Origin: Eledone cirrhosa
Lineage: Eukaryota
Reading direction: 5' to 3'
DNA length: 64,000 nucleotides
Assembly (NCBI GenBank): GCA_964016885.1
Contig: OZ024764.1
Location: 23,002,001 to 23,066,000, forward strand
How positions within the stretch are numbered: the first letter of the stretch is position 1; every line of letters starts with the position of its first letter. Of the stretch, positions 37,170-50,015 are shown in pieces. The notes under the pieces are model-generated. The model had not been told where the DNA came from and searched no databases. It worked only from the letters and a program-made list of their open reading frames with translations. The position numbers and the translations under genes are program-made.

Positions 37170-39227
37170 CGCCAGCAGCAGACAGAACGACACGCAATTC
37201 CGTCCGGTAAAGCGAACGACTGGAGGCCCCGGGGACGTTGACGGCCTCGATCTACTCTCGAACTCGGAACGGGCGAAACGGGCCGCTCTCTCTCCCGATC
37301 GGAGGCGGCCGCCGTCTCGGCGACGAATGCACGGTGCCAAGTGGGCCACTTTTGGTAAGCAGAACTGGTGATGTGGGATGAACCGAACGTCCGGCTAAGG
37401 TGCCCTACGCTTCGCCTATTAGATCCCCGAAAGGGTGTCGGTCGATATAGACAGCAGGACGGTGGCCACGGAAGTCGGAATCCGCTCAGGAGTGTGTAAC
37501 AACTTACCTGCCGAATCGACCGGCCCCGAAAATGGATGGCGCTGGAGCGAGCGACCGATGCCGGACCGGCCAGGCGATAGGCGAAAAAAGGTAACACGAC
37601 GTAACTTTCTTCGATGCCTGGTCGAGTAGGAGGGCGCCGCGGCGTGCACGGAAGCCGCGGGCGTGAGCCCGGGTGAAGCCGACCGCGGGTGCAGATCTCG
37701 GTGGTAGTAGCAAATATTCGAACGAGACCTTCGAAGACCGAAGTGGAGAAGGGTTCCGTGCCAACGGCGGTCGAGCACGGGTCAGTCGGTCCTAAGAAGC
37801 GGGCGAAAGCTTGTACGAAAGGCGCCGGATCCGTTGTCGAGAAAGAGGAAAAAGAAAAGAAGAAAAAACTCCCCTTTTTTTTTTTTTTTTTTTTGGATTC
37901 TTCTGTTTTTGTTACGGCCGGCCTTGCATCGAAAGGGAATCGGGTTAATATTCCCGAACCCGAACTCGGAGAGTGCTCGTCCGTCGGTGGAATTTAACGC
38001 GTCGTCGCGTCATCGAAGCCGGCGGTCGGGCGAAGCAGCGGCAACGCAAGCGAGCCCGGAGACGTTGCCGGGAGCCCCGGGAAGAGTTCTCTCTTCTTCG
38101 TAAAGGACCGCGTCCGTGGAATCGGCTCGTCCGGAGATACGGATATGGTACCTGTAGAGCGCCGCGTCTCGGGCGGCGTCCGGTGCGCTCTCGGCGGCCC
38201 TGGAAAATCCGGGTCCGTAACGATTCGCAGCTCTCGAGTCGGTCCGTACCCACCATCCGCAGCAGGTCTCCAAGGTGTACAGCCTCTCGTCGATAGCGCC
38301 AATGTAGGTAAGGGAAGTCGGCAAAATGGATCCGTACCTTCGGAAGAAGGATTGGCTCCGAGGACCGGGTCGGTCGGGCCGTGTGTGTGTCGGCCTGTCG
38401 GCCGTCTTGTTGTTTTTTTCCAAAAACTCGGGATCGGTCGCGCGGCACGTCTGTACGCGAAGCGGTGAACCGGTACGGGGCTGTAGCGTTGGCGTCGGAC
38501 TCGACGTTCGAGCGTCGGTCGGGTGGTCGATTTGCGCCCGTTTCGTTTGCGTTCGTTTCGTTTTTCCTTGCCCTTCTTTCGGTTGGCGGGCGAGGAGAGA
38601 GAGGAAGAAGGCGGCGGCGGCTGCGGGTTGGTCGCGCGGAGGCGGACGGGGTTTGTTGAAAGATTACCGCGGAGGAGGGATGAAGGCGTAGCAGTGGACG
38701 GAGGGGGAGGAGACGCTTGTCGCTCGCAAGGGCGGTTTGTGGTTTTTTTTTTCTTTCGTTTTTTCTGCTCGCTTTTGTTTTTTTTTTCGGTTCTTTCGGT
38801 TTTTTTTTTCTCTTTACCTTTACTGTTCGTCGCAGTGCCGGCGGCTCGCGCGTCGTCGTCGTCTTTTTTTCTTCGTTTTCTTCGTTTTTGTCGGTCGGAA
38901 ACAAAAACGGGGGGCTTGGAGAGGCGCTAGCTTGGCGTTGGGCGAGCGGCGTTTCGGTCGGTTACTTTTTGCGACGTTCGATGCGTAGTGGGCGCGAACA
39001 ACACGGCTCCACGCCCGGGACACCGTGGAGCGACACGGCTTCGGGCTCGTTGGCGCGTCGGTTTGCTTCCTTTCTTTCTTGTTCGCGAGGAGGAGGGCGG
39101 TTGCCGAGACGCGCGGCAGGCGTTCGGCCGGCGGCGAACGGTCAACTCGGAACTGGTACGGACCGGGGGAATCCGACTGTCTAATTAAAACAGAGCATCG
39201 CGTAGCCGGCCGAGCCGCATAGACGCG

Positions 39228-39259
<32 letters not shown>

Positions 39260-39275
39260 AGTGAAGAAATTCAAC

Positions 39276-39312
<37 letters not shown>

Positions 39313-40553
39313 GGGAGTAACTATGACTCTCTTTGCGGCGCCACCCTTGACGTGGGAAGAGAGCTTAAATCCGTGGTTAGAGCTGTACGAGTGAGTCAGC
39401 CCGACGCATTTCTTTTTGCGGTTTAACGCGTTACCGTACCTTTGGACGTTTGGCTCCTTTCGGAGGTTTTGAAACCTTTCAGAGGTTTTGAAAAATCGAG
39501 CCCTCTTCGAGGGGTCGGTTCCGGGGTGCGGGTTCGGGTTGGCTCGGTAGGTTTTACCATACTCGGTTGGTCTGCCACATTAAGGATGAACTAATTGGCG
39601 CCTAAATTATGATTGTAATAATTATATAAAAATCATATATCCGTACGGTAGCTGGGGGCCGTTTTTAAACCAGTAACCGAGGGGTTGGGATGGGCCCCTT
39701 AGGTTTACTAACTACGGCGGGCCGCTGTGGTGGCTCCGTGATCATTACAGTTGGGTGTGATGGGATGGGGAGTCGCCGTGGTGGCTTGCTGTGGTACTTA
39801 ACCACCCTCGAGGGCTGACACGGAGCCGGGATACGCCCTCTGGATTAGAGCCGGCTCAAACCTTTTTTTTTTTGTGGGCGCGGAAGTGCCTTGAAACTCT
39901 CTCCCTAGTTTTTTTTTATTAACTCGGTGAGCGGTCGGATATAATATCCGAGAAGGAAAGGTAAGACGCCTCCGCCGTTCCGCCAGTCTGGTGGTTCGCC
40001 TCGGGAAAGCGACAGTACCACCTTATCCCCCCCCCCCCCCCCGTTGCAGGGTTACGCGTTGCTTAAAGAAAAGCGCTCTTTTTTTTTTTTTTTGAACTAT
40101 TATTATTAACAGTTTCGTTAATAATATTTTATGAATAGGTAGGGAGTGATGAAATGGCTTCTGGAGCGCCCCACAATTTTTTTTTTTTTTTTTTTATAGA
40201 GTACAATGTACGACCAGGGAGTTTGGAGCCTCCCTGCGCGGGATTCGGGCAACAGGATCTCCGCGCGGGGTTCGGTTCCGGTTGCTTACTTGGTGCGTAC
40301 AACCAGATTGACAAAGTGGCACGGCCGGGAGGGCTTAGTGTCTTGCATGGTTCGCTCGCTGAGGGGGCTCCCAGCCAGCCCTCGCGAGGTCCATGGCTTG
40401 GCCTGCTCTCTTGGCGTGACCAACCAAATTTGACTGGGCACGCCGTTCATGCCATTGTTGCTTGATGACGTTGGCCCGTGGGACCACCCACATTAAAAAA
40501 AGGGAAAGGCGGCTTATACTTTGCAAAAAGTATTAGCTAATAGCCAGCTAACC

Positions 40554-40593
<40 letters not shown>

Positions 40594-40628
40594 CGGATCA
40601 ACGAGATTCCCACTGTCCCTATCTACTG

Positions 40629-40663
<35 letters not shown>

Positions 40664-40670
40664 CGGATCG

Positions 40671-40710
<40 letters not shown>

Positions 40711-41215
40711 TTTTGTGAGGGCACACGGTAGGCGTAGCATAGGCGGGAGCAATCTTGCGTCTCTCGGCTGGCGGCAGCGTCGTTTGCGGGTCGCTTGCGG
40801 CTTTGCGGCGGCGTTCGCCGTCTGTCGGGTACCGTGCGCGTTTGCGTCGATGAAAAACCGCCACTTCCGTAGTTTCTTCGCTCACTCGATTGAGAAGGGA
40901 CGGGGCCGTCGCCGAGCGGTGGTTCATTTATCTGGTGCGAAGCGTGCGGTGCATGTCGCGCGCGCACACGTTGTGCGCCGACGCAGCCGATGCGCGACCC
41001 TTAGTCGAGAACAGTGTCGGTCGGGGAGTTTGACTGGGGCGGTACGTCTGTCAAAGGGTAACGCAGGTGTCCCAAGGCGAGCTCAGCGTGGACGGAAACC
41101 ACACGTTGAGCAAAAGGGCAAAAGCTCGCTCGATCTCGATTTTCAGTACGAATACGGACCGCGAAAGCGTGGCCCATCGATCCTTTCCGAATAGCGGCGA
41201 GCTATGCGTCCGCCG

Positions 41216-41250
<35 letters not shown>

Positions 41251-41281
41251 ATTGTGGCGGCCAAGCGTTCGCAGCGACGTC

Positions 41282-41319
<38 letters not shown>

Positions 41320-41361
41320 CGAAGCAGAATTCGCAAAGCGTTGGATTGTTCACCCACTAAC

Positions 41362-41408
<47 letters not shown>

Positions 41409-41953
41409 TCCTACCGATGCATTGCGTGTAGGCGGCGGCGGTGGCGGCTGCAGCCACCTTCTCGAAGGCGGCTGCGGTCGGCGTCGCCGCCGGCAACGTC
41501 AACTCGGCTACGGCTATCCCGTCCAGTACGAGAGGAACCGCGGGATCAGAGCAACGGTTTGCGCGCTCGCTCGATAGAGCGGTGGTGCCAGGCTGCCTCT
41601 GAGCGATAACGGCTGAACGCCTCTAAGCCGGAACCGTAGCCGGACCCGAGTTGTTTTTCGAAAGCGTCTCAACCTTCTTAAGGCGCATGCCTTAGTTTGG
41701 CGATTGCCGTCCGTTCGGCGAAGTCGCTTCCCTTTTCGGGGTGCGCGTCGTCGTCGGCGGCAGCGTCAGCGGAATTGCCATTCTGTGACGATTACGACGA
41801 TTCGTCGTCGTTGTCGTCCGTTCGATTTGTCGAAAGAGATCGAGACGAAAAGGATCGCTTGTATACGACTCGACTTGCCGTTCGAAATGACGTGCTTAGT
41901 AGAGCAGCTACCACACTGCGATCTATTGAGTCTCTTCTCACGAACGACACGAT
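35624..41953 (+). rRNA. 28S rRNA, unit 2, interrupted at the R2 site (39334-40553)
   Basis: Same conserved LSU motifs as unit 1, plus a 19-bp tandem duplication just 5' of the insert. Ends are approximate. Confidence 0.95.
39334..40553 (+). mobile_element. Non-coding 1220-bp insertion at the R2 target site, copy 2
   Basis: Junctions are GACTCTCTT|tgcggc...gctaacc|TAGCCAAATGCC. Colinear with copy 1 but with many more substitutions and indels than the flanking rRNA. Confidence 0.88.
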
Positions 41954-42510
41954 CCGCCCACCGAGGCGGCAGACAGGAGAAAAAGGAAATTTGAAAATCG
42001 GCTAAGGAAATTAGGAACGAACGAACGAACGAACGAACGAACGAGAGATAGCAGCAACTACCGGGTTGGAGCAATGACTCGGTTTTCTTTCGACGGGTTA
42101 GCGTAGCAACGACGACAACGACAAGTCCGCTCCTTAGCCGCCGCCGCCGCCAATTGTTAGGTTCGTTCTTTATTACACTTCCACCGCTGCTACTGCAAAC
42201 CACCAACCACTTTCCGCGCGCCAACTTTTACGACGATCTCGCTCGCCGCTCGTTTGCCAGGTTGCGCCAACGACCCTCAAGGTCGATCGATTAGCATCGA
42301 AAATAGAGAGAGTTCGCGGTGAATGCGACGACACAGCCTTGATTCGAGTGCCGCCGCCGATCCGTCTTCCGAGTTGGTTAGTTTTGCGTATGTTACACGT
42401 AGAGAGAGAGAGAGAGAGAGAGTTCGCGGTGAATGCGACACGGCTTTGGTTAGAGTGCCGCCGCCGATCCGTCTTCCGAGTTGGTTATTTTTTAGTGTGT
42501 TACACGTAGC

Positions 42511-43287
42511 CGCCGCCCATCCGTCGTCCGAGTTGGTTAGTTATGTTTGACGTGTAGCAGGCGGATTCTGTTTTGTGTGTCTGTGTGTGATGCAAGTCGT
42601 CCGAGTTGGTTAGTTATGTTTGACGTGTAGCAGGCGGATTCTGTTTTGTGTGTGTGTCTGTGTGTGATGCAAGCCGCCCATCCGTCGTCCGAGTTGGTTA
42701 GTTATGTTTGACGTGTAGCAGGCGGATTCTGTTTTGTGTGTGTGTCTGTGTGTGATGCAAGCCGCCCATCCGTCGTCCGAGTTGGTTAGTTATGTTTGAC
42801 GTGTAGCAGGCGGATTCTGTTTTGTGTGTGTGTCTGTGTGTGATGCAAGCCGCCCATCCGTCGTCCGGGTTGGTTAGTTATGTTTGACGTGTAGCAGGCG
42901 GATTCTGTTTTGTGTGTGTGTCTGTGTGTGATACAAGCCGCCCATCCGTCGTCCGGGTTGGTTAGTTATGTTTGACGTGTAGCAGGCGGATTCTGTTTTG
43001 TGTGTGTGTCTGTGTGTGATGCAAGCCGCCCATCCGTCGTCCGAGTTGGTTAGTTATGTTTGACGTGTAGCAGGCGGATTCTGTTTTGTGTGTGTGTCTG
43101 TGTGTGATGCAAGCCGCCCATCCGTCGTCCGGGTTGGTTAGTTATGTTTGACGTGTAGCAGGCGGATTCTGTTTTGTGTGTGTGTCTGTGTGTGATGCAA
43201 GCCGCCCATCCGTCGTCCGAGTTGGTTAGTTATGTTTGACGTGTAGCAGGCGGATTCTGTTTTGTGTGTGTGTCTGTGTGTGATACA
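42511..43287. repeat. IGS 88-bp tandem array of unit 2 (about 9 copies, one partial)
   Basis: Units start at 42673, 42761, 42849, 42937, 43025, 43113 and 43201, plus two at the 5' end. Confidence 0.9.
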
Positions 43288-43878
43288 AGTTGTGTTTTAA
43301 GTGTAGCCGATGGTGTGTGTGTCTGTGTGTGATACATGCCGCACATCCGTCGTCCGTCTTCCAAGTTATGTTTTACGTGTAGCCGGCGGAAAGAAATTCA
43401 ATCCGCCGGCTAGGCGGTTCCGCCTCCGACCCGTACATTTACGAGTAGCTGCCGGGAAAGACAGACGGCAAGACGGCGGCGTGTATACGCGAAGTTCCCG
43501 ACGCGACACGACGCCTTCCGTCTTCCGCCTCGAACCCGGCAAACGTTCCTTTATTTGTTCACGCCTACCCGCTTCGATCGCGAAAAGAAATCCATTCCGC
43601 CGGCTAGGCGGTTCCGCCGCCGACCCGTACTTTTACGAGTAGCTGCCGGGATAGACAGACGGCGGCGTGTATACGCGACGCGAGGCGAAGTTACGCGACG
43701 CAACGCGACGCAACACGACGCCTCCGTCTTCCGCCTAGAACCCGGCAAACGTAACTTTATTTGTCCACGCCTTCCCGCTTCGATCGCGAGAAAGTAATCA
43801 ATCCGCCGTCGAGGCGGTTCCGCCGCCGACCCGTAAGCTTACGGGTCGGCAGCGGGGAATACGACCGTCCAGGGCCTT

Positions 43879-44389
43879 TGCAGCACGGCCAGGGGGTTCT
43901 GTCTATTATATAAGGTAAGCTTGATCGGACGAGCTCGAAGAAAACGATTCCGGGTGCTACCCGTTGAGAGTCGTGAATATTCCGTTTTCAAGACGGGTAC
44001 GTGCCGGCTTACGCTATGCTATGTCGGATGTCTCCGCCTCGACGACATGCCGTCTAGAACTCGTCCGCCCCGCCTGCACGTTAACACCCGCCCTCCGCCT
44101 CCGCTCCGTCTTCCGCCTCCGATGCGTGTTCCGCCGTTAAGGCGTGCCAAGTGTGCCGCCTCCGACCCGTGTGGCTGCAGGGGAATCCAGCCGATGACGA
44201 CGCCCGGACGGCGGAAAGAAATCCATTCCGCCGGCTAGGCGGTTCCGCCGCCGACCCGTACTTTTACGAGTAGCTGCCGGGAAAGACAGGCGGCAAGACG
44301 GCGTGTATACGCGAAGTTCCGCCACGCGACGCGACACGACGCCTTCCGTCTTCCGCCTCGAACCCGGCAAACGTTCCTTTATTCGTTCT
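43879..44389 (+). repeat. First spacer-promoter subrepeat of the unit 2 IGS, truncated at the rDNA/flank junction
   Basis: The promoter motif is mutated to TATATAAGG near 43912, and the sequence breaks off at ...tttattcgttct (44389). Confidence 0.85.
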
Positions 44390-44446
44390 TAGCTTCCTTA
44401 TAACCAGATCTTACCGAGATACCCGATGACTCTTGTGATGGTACTT

Positions 44447-45013
44447 TTAGCAGTATTGGTTATAGAGTAGTCGCCACTTTAGCAGGGTGGTAGAATCAGT
44501 GGTCGTTACTTTAACAGGGTAGATGATTGAAGGTCGTTAGTTGCCAGTGTGGTAAATGATAGTATCCTCGTTGGATTATCTTGTTGACATAGACGTGAGG
44601 GAAGGTCCCTCGATCTATTTACAATATTCCTTTCGTCAGGTCGCCAATTCCAGCAGCATGGATTATAGATGTTATTGAGACACGAGTAACATAATAATGA
44701 TTTCAACAGCAGTAATTCGAGATGAAATGTTTGTTTATTTATATGGTTGAAGTTACAGATAAAAAGAGGTTACAAAAGGGAATGTGCCATTGCGCCGTTA
44801 AGCCGGCGAGGCTAGGGTGCAAATCTCACCGTTACATTATGCATGTTGTGGCTTGAAGTTTCCGGTACAAGAGAGAGATTCTTCAATCTTCGCGAGGAAT
44901 TTCTTCCTCAGGGCGCGTAGGGATACATCCTCTTCTACTGGCGCTGATTGGCTGAACTGAGCCAAATCATGCACAGAGAATGTATGTGAGCCCGCGGAAT
45001 GTAGGTCACTACA
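44447..45013 (-). mobile_element. Probable solo LTR (567 bp) with a 5-bp TSD
   Basis: The direct repeat tactt at 44442-46 and 45014-18 flanks an insertion that interrupts a 73-bp repeat unit. The minus strand begins TGTAGTG and ends ...CTGCTAA (degenerate CA end), with a minus-strand AATAAA near 44735. Confidence 0.72.
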
Positions 45014-45155
45014 TACTTAGCTGTTCTGGTAGCTTAGCCTCCATATGACCCGATCTTACCGAGATACACGGTGATCTCTGTCAGGGTACTTAGCTGTTCT
45101 GGCAACTTAGCCTCCATATGACCCAAGATACCCGGTGATCTCTGCCACAGTACTC
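45014..45155. repeat. About 73-bp tandem repeat (also at 44389-44446 and 59881-60153)
   Basis: Unit ttagcctccatatgacccgatcttaccgagatacccggtgatctctgtcagggtacttagctgttctggc starts at 45034 and 45107, and at 59948, 60019 and 60092. Confidence 0.85.
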
Positions 45156-45489
45156 GATTGATCCAGCACCCTACTATTTCTACCAACAGGTTATATCGAG
45201 GTATCAAGTGATACTCTTTTCAAGTCAAGACCTCCTCTGCCTTCCAACTGCCCTGTTATTCTACAGACTCACGAAAGTGGACACCACCTGAAGGAGAGAG
45301 TGGTTGGTGTAGTGGTCATCGCTGGCTATTGTCCGAGTGACACAGGTTAAATACACTACCTAGACTGAGGTGAAACGTCTACCGTCCATTCCTCACCACC
45401 AACACCTTACTTTCTCTATTTTAATTACATTTAATGTTTTCAACTTCATTTTTTTATTACAAACTTTACATAATTTAATTCGGTAAAAA

Positions 45490-45638
45490 TATTTTACGTC
45501 ACAAAAAAACTTGACCTTTGACATTGAAGCATGCGCAGTGGTGCAGTTGTCGACTTCCTGTCCACGTGTCAGTCTTCCTACAACAACATTTAGAAAACAT
45601 TTCTGTAAATACTAAACACCTGAAACTATAATGTAAGT
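45490..45638 (+). promoter_or_regulatory. Candidate Pol II promoter and non-coding first exon of the downstream ZNF gene; duplicate at about 60885-61032
   Basis: Cluster of ACGTCA (45496), TGACCTTTGA (45512), NRF1-like GCATGCGCA (45529), ETS-like ACTTCCTG (45553) and E-box CACGTG (45563), followed by a GTAAGT donor at 45633. All are conserved in the duplicate. Confidence 0.5.
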
Positions 45639-46879
45639 ATTATGTCTATTAATATTGTAGATTTAAGCTCACTTTTCATATCACAAATATATATTTTCTT
45701 GTTTGTTTCATTACTGGAAATATAAAATGTTATCGTAATTATCTATATTTTACCTACCTCTAATTAATTAAAGTGAAAACTTTTGTTGTTGCTGTAAAAT
45801 AAATTAACAAAACTAAATATTTAAATATTCTAAAGGTCGTTTTTATATTATGTGATGATATAATTAATATATTTTATTACAATTGTATAAATTTACAGTA
45901 GAATAACGTTGTAAATATGTTTTAAATATATACATAAATAACATAAGTGTGTAAATAACATTATAAATTGCTGGCAATTCCTTGAGAAAGACATTACAAA
46001 TATATTGTCTAAACTGTGTATAATAATATAATTTATTGAACAATAATGATAAAGGAAAGAAAAACACAGTGGGAGATGGCAATTGACCACCAAACGAGGT
46101 AAACATTTTCAACTTTCCCCTTTTTTTGCTTTGTCCGAGACAACTCAAAATATTCTTCAAGGAACTGGATTTTCCATTCGGTTGGATCGAACGGATTTTA
46201 CCATTTATAATCTACGGAGAGGAATAACAGATGTTCGGAGGAAAAAAGAATTGTTTGTGGCAACAACGTAGGGAACCAACCTGGAGCAATTGTATCACAC
46301 AATTATACTTTCCTCCTTAACATACACTTACAATTTTTCAAAATCAAACCCCCCAAATATAAAATATAAATAATTATAAATGGCGAGGAACCATCCCATC
46401 TCCCTCTTGAAATAACCTGAATCTATTTATAGTCAGGTGTGACTGAAAGGTCAATCCATACTTCCATTCTATTTCACAGAATTAGAAGCTTTGACCACTT
46501 GATAGAATTCAGGTCCAGTAATGTAATCACTCCGTAATTGTAAACATCTTGTATCACTATCATTCAGGTTTTGATTTTACTCAAGTCTTGCCCATGTTTT
46601 TTTTCTTTTTTCTTTTTTACACAAACTCACAATTTCGGTTTTTACTGCGGATTTACCCATGCGAACTATTACACAAACTCACAGCCTTAGATTTTGTATT
46701 TCTAGCGTTTTTATTTTCCTTCTCTTTGCATGTTCAGTGCTCTTTCTCTCCCACTGTATTTACCTGCCTCTCACATGACCACACTCCTCTCCACGCACTC
46801 ATCAGCTTCTCCACCTTCCATCCCTCCCCTTGCTCAACCCTTATTTCCTCCTCGCGCACAGCCCACCTAGGTATTCCTT

Positions 46880-48615
46880 CAACCCGCCGGTGGCCCGATG
46901 TTTCGACCGAACTATCACCGGCGATTGCCGATTGCTAAAGTTGCCACCACTTTAACCTAGTCCACTCTAGGTGGGGGTGGCATGCGTCGAACGACCAAGA
47001 GACCTGCTTGGTGGAACGACTAATGTGACAACCGGTCAGCCTTCGACCTCTCATTCTCCACCAACTGCAGCACGCACGAGAGGAGCTAACTTGCCCCCAC
47101 CTACCCCTCCTCTCCTTCACGGCAGATTCCGAACGAATCTAACCCGGCCAACCACACCACCCCTACAACTGTTAGCTCACCACACAACCCCCGCTTTAGT
47201 CCCACCGTTAGAACCAGTGCTGTCTCCTTTACTGACTCACTCCCTTCACTGAATTCCAACGCTGGCCCTCTACTGCCGGCTGTTGCCAGCCCGCCACCTG
47301 ATTGCACCCTCTGTGCCCGCACTAACCAGTACTTAAAGACAATTAAATGTCACCTATGCCACGCAAGCTACCACAGAAGCTGTGTCGGCATCACCAAAGC
47401 TCAAGCCGAAAGGCTTCAACACTGGACCTGTCATCGGTGCCACTTCAGCTCCGACTATTCCGTGGGGATGACCAACACTCTACCGACGACTTTGCCACAG
47501 TACCCCCCCCCCCCCCCCAGTGCTTCTCCAAATCAAAGCTCGTTAACCGGACCCTTAAGGGAGCTCGGAACAGCTTTGCAGGTGCCCTCTCTAATTTACT
47601 GAAAAACGTTTGCTCGTCCAACAATAGACTGGCAGAAATTGTTTTTGTTTCCCCTCATCTCTCTTCACGTGCACAATGCGAACTCGGGTTCCCTCAAGTC
47701 CTCTCTCAAGCGGCAGTTCCAGCTGTTTGAGTCCACCCCAACCACGTCTCATCTCAGTTCGTCTCCGAGCTCGGTGTCCACCAACAGACAACCGGTAGAC
47801 CTCAAGCGAGCCGTCAATGCCAATTCAGCGAATTTGACATTAAAGGGGCTGTCCTCCCTTGCTCCATGCAACTCTGACTCTCGTGAGCGTCTGAAAGAGA
47901 AGCACCCCCAGATGATCAGCAACACTGGCCCGAACCACCAGAATACTTGAGACCGGTTTACACCACCAATATCATCAGAAAGGCGATTTCATCCTTCCCC
48001 GCTGGGTCAGGCGCGGGGATTGACGTCCTTCATCCTCAACACCTCAAGGATGGTATCTCCTTATCGGCCGGTGATGCCGGACTCGAGCTCTTGGAGAGTC
48101 TGACTCAGTTTGTGAATCAGTGAACGTTCTCCCGTTCATCCGCCCACTGTTCTTCGGTGCGAAGCTATTTGGTCTCACCAAGCCCAACGGGGACCTGCGC
48201 CGCATTGCGGTTGGCTGCACACCTCGCCGCCTCACTGCAAAGGCGTGATTGCTGTTGGTCTCCAACCCACTGGCGGAGGAATTTTCCCCCATCCAGCTGT
48301 GGGTGGGTACCAGGTTGGGATGTGTGGCTGCTGTCCACGCTGCCAGAACATTTGCCAATGTGCCCTCCTCATCCCCCAAGGTCATCCTCAAACTTGACCT
48401 CAGGAATGCCTTCAACTCCGTCAGCCGTAACATCGTCCTCGGCTCAGTAAGAGAGAGGGTCCCACAACTCTACCACTTTGCTTGGAAGGCTTATCGGGAG
48501 CCCTCTTACCTCTCTTTCAGTGACCAGATCATCACCTCTGCCTCAGGAGTCCAACAGGGTGACCCACTCGGGACCCCCCCCCCCGCACTGGACATTGATG
48601 ACGTCACCAAGATGG
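46880..48615 (+). pseudogene. Decayed CRE-like non-LTR retrotransposon (N-terminal Cys/His fingers plus a 3'-truncated RT)
   Basis: Frameshifted fragments: PHD-like CTLC..CHLCHASYHRSC..WTCHRC; PLFFGAKLFGLTKPNGDLRRIAVG..RRLTAK; QLWVG..CVAAVHAAR; KLDLRNAFNSVSR; GVQQGDPLG. Confidence 0.75.
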
Positions 48616-48819
48616 GGGCTGAGTTGGACCTTAGAGAGGTTTCCCAGTACCCCTCGTTGCTGTCTTTTGCTCTGGTGTTGGCTCCGTTGTCCACCCCTTC
48701 CTTTACATTTTCTTTAATATTGCAACATTGAAGGAATTTATCTTTCATTGTATCATCCTTTATCTACAAATCTAGTCGTTTCCTGTTACTTTGTTCCCTG
48801 GGGTATGCCGTAGTATTTG

Positions 48820-49423
48820 ACACCATCTATCTGTCTTACTCCCTAACTAGCAAGAAGTCAATCTGTCTCATGTGCTCACCTGATTGGTAGGTTATTAGGT
48901 GGTTTGTAGGTTTCTTGAAGTGTTGCAAATGGTTAGTTCACTTGCATCACAAAATACAAGAAGCCTCATTCCTTCATCGTTTCTTGAGCCATCACCATGA
49001 CCACCATATACCCCAGTATATCCATCCTGGAACTGTCCAACATGACCATTGAAGTCCCCTGCTATTATAACTAGGTCTCTGTCATTGTGGTTATCTCTAC
49101 TTATTCCTTTTCTACATATGGAGCAGGGCCACTTTCCTAAAGGTGTCAGGGTCTTCTCTCCTATCCATTACCACTTTAGTTTTTGGCTAAGTATATTCTC
49201 AGAACTTACCATTTCAAATTCTATATCTATAGTTGGTCATCTACATAGAGAAGTTTCCATAGACAGCCAGTCTTAAACCTCTCTGTTATCGCTTGGAGAA
49301 CTATGATGAAAAACAGTGGGCTAAGAACTAAACCATGATGAACTCCTACCTGTACCTTCAATTCCTCACTAATCACACTTTACTGACAGCTTCTCACAAG
49401 CCATTCTTCTACACCTAATTTCT
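48820..49423 (-). pseudogene. Fragmented RTE LINE remnant
   Basis: The minus strand carries decayed endonuclease motifs (AGDFNGHVG, HLITYQSGEH) and RT/PHD motifs (GVHHGLVLSPL, GKWPC). Confidence 0.7.
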
Positions 49424-49427
49424 TTAA

Positions 49428-49635
49428 CCCTTTAGTATATAAACTGGCCATATCTGGCGAGAATTGTCTCATGTCTTTCTGTTCAAACTGGCCCTAACTG
49501 GTCACTTATACTTATGTTAAGGTATTGTTCTCAAAATAAGTAACATCAAAATCTCATAGATTTGATATTATGAGTGATAAAGCATTTACTGTGAAAATAT
49601 AATAGTAAATATAGAGTAATGTGAATACTAAAGGG
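49428..49635. mobile_element. piggyBac-like MITE (208 bp)
   Basis: TTAA|ccctttagtat ... atactaaaggg|TTAA: an 11-bp TIR starting CCC, with TTAA at 49424-27 and 49636-39. Confidence 0.8.
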
Positions 49636-50015
49636 TTAATCTGATGTCACTCATAACTACTTTTATCAGTCAGTTTAATCTAATGTCACTAATAACTACT
49701 TTTATCAGTCAGTTTAATCTAATGTCACTAATAACTACTTTTATCAGTCAGTTTAATCTAATGTCACTAATAACTACTTTTATCAGTCAGTTTAATCTAA
49801 TGTCACTAATAACTACTTTTATCAGTCAGTTTAATCTAAAGCCACTAATAACTACTTTTATCAGTCAGTTTAATCTAATTTCACTAATAACTACTTTTAT
49901 CAGTCAGTTTAATCTAATGTCACTAATAACTACTTTTATCAGTCAGTTTAATCTACTGCCACTAATAACTACTTTTATCAGTCAGTCTAATCTAATGTCA
50001 CTAGTAACTAACCTA
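49636..50015. repeat. 39-bp minisatellite, about 9.5 copies
   Basis: Unit ttaatctaatgtcactaataactacttttatcagtcagt. Confidence 0.92.

Larger units (their letters stand above)
10292..44389 (+). other. Orphan block of two tandem 45S rDNA units (unit spacing 19,560 bp) inserted in a ZNF cluster
   Basis: There is an abrupt switch from AT-rich flank to rDNA. The left end matches IGS position 29223 onward, and the right end stops inside an IGS subrepeat. The 18S starts are at 11872 and 31432. The paralogous flank at 59461-59483 continues without rDNA. Confidence 0.93.

Noticed and set aside
10381-44370. Hundreds of Arg/Ala/Pro-rich ORFs on both strands
   Set aside because: They overlap rRNA, ETS or IGS. 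They are by-products of high GC content and repeats, and show no protein motifs.
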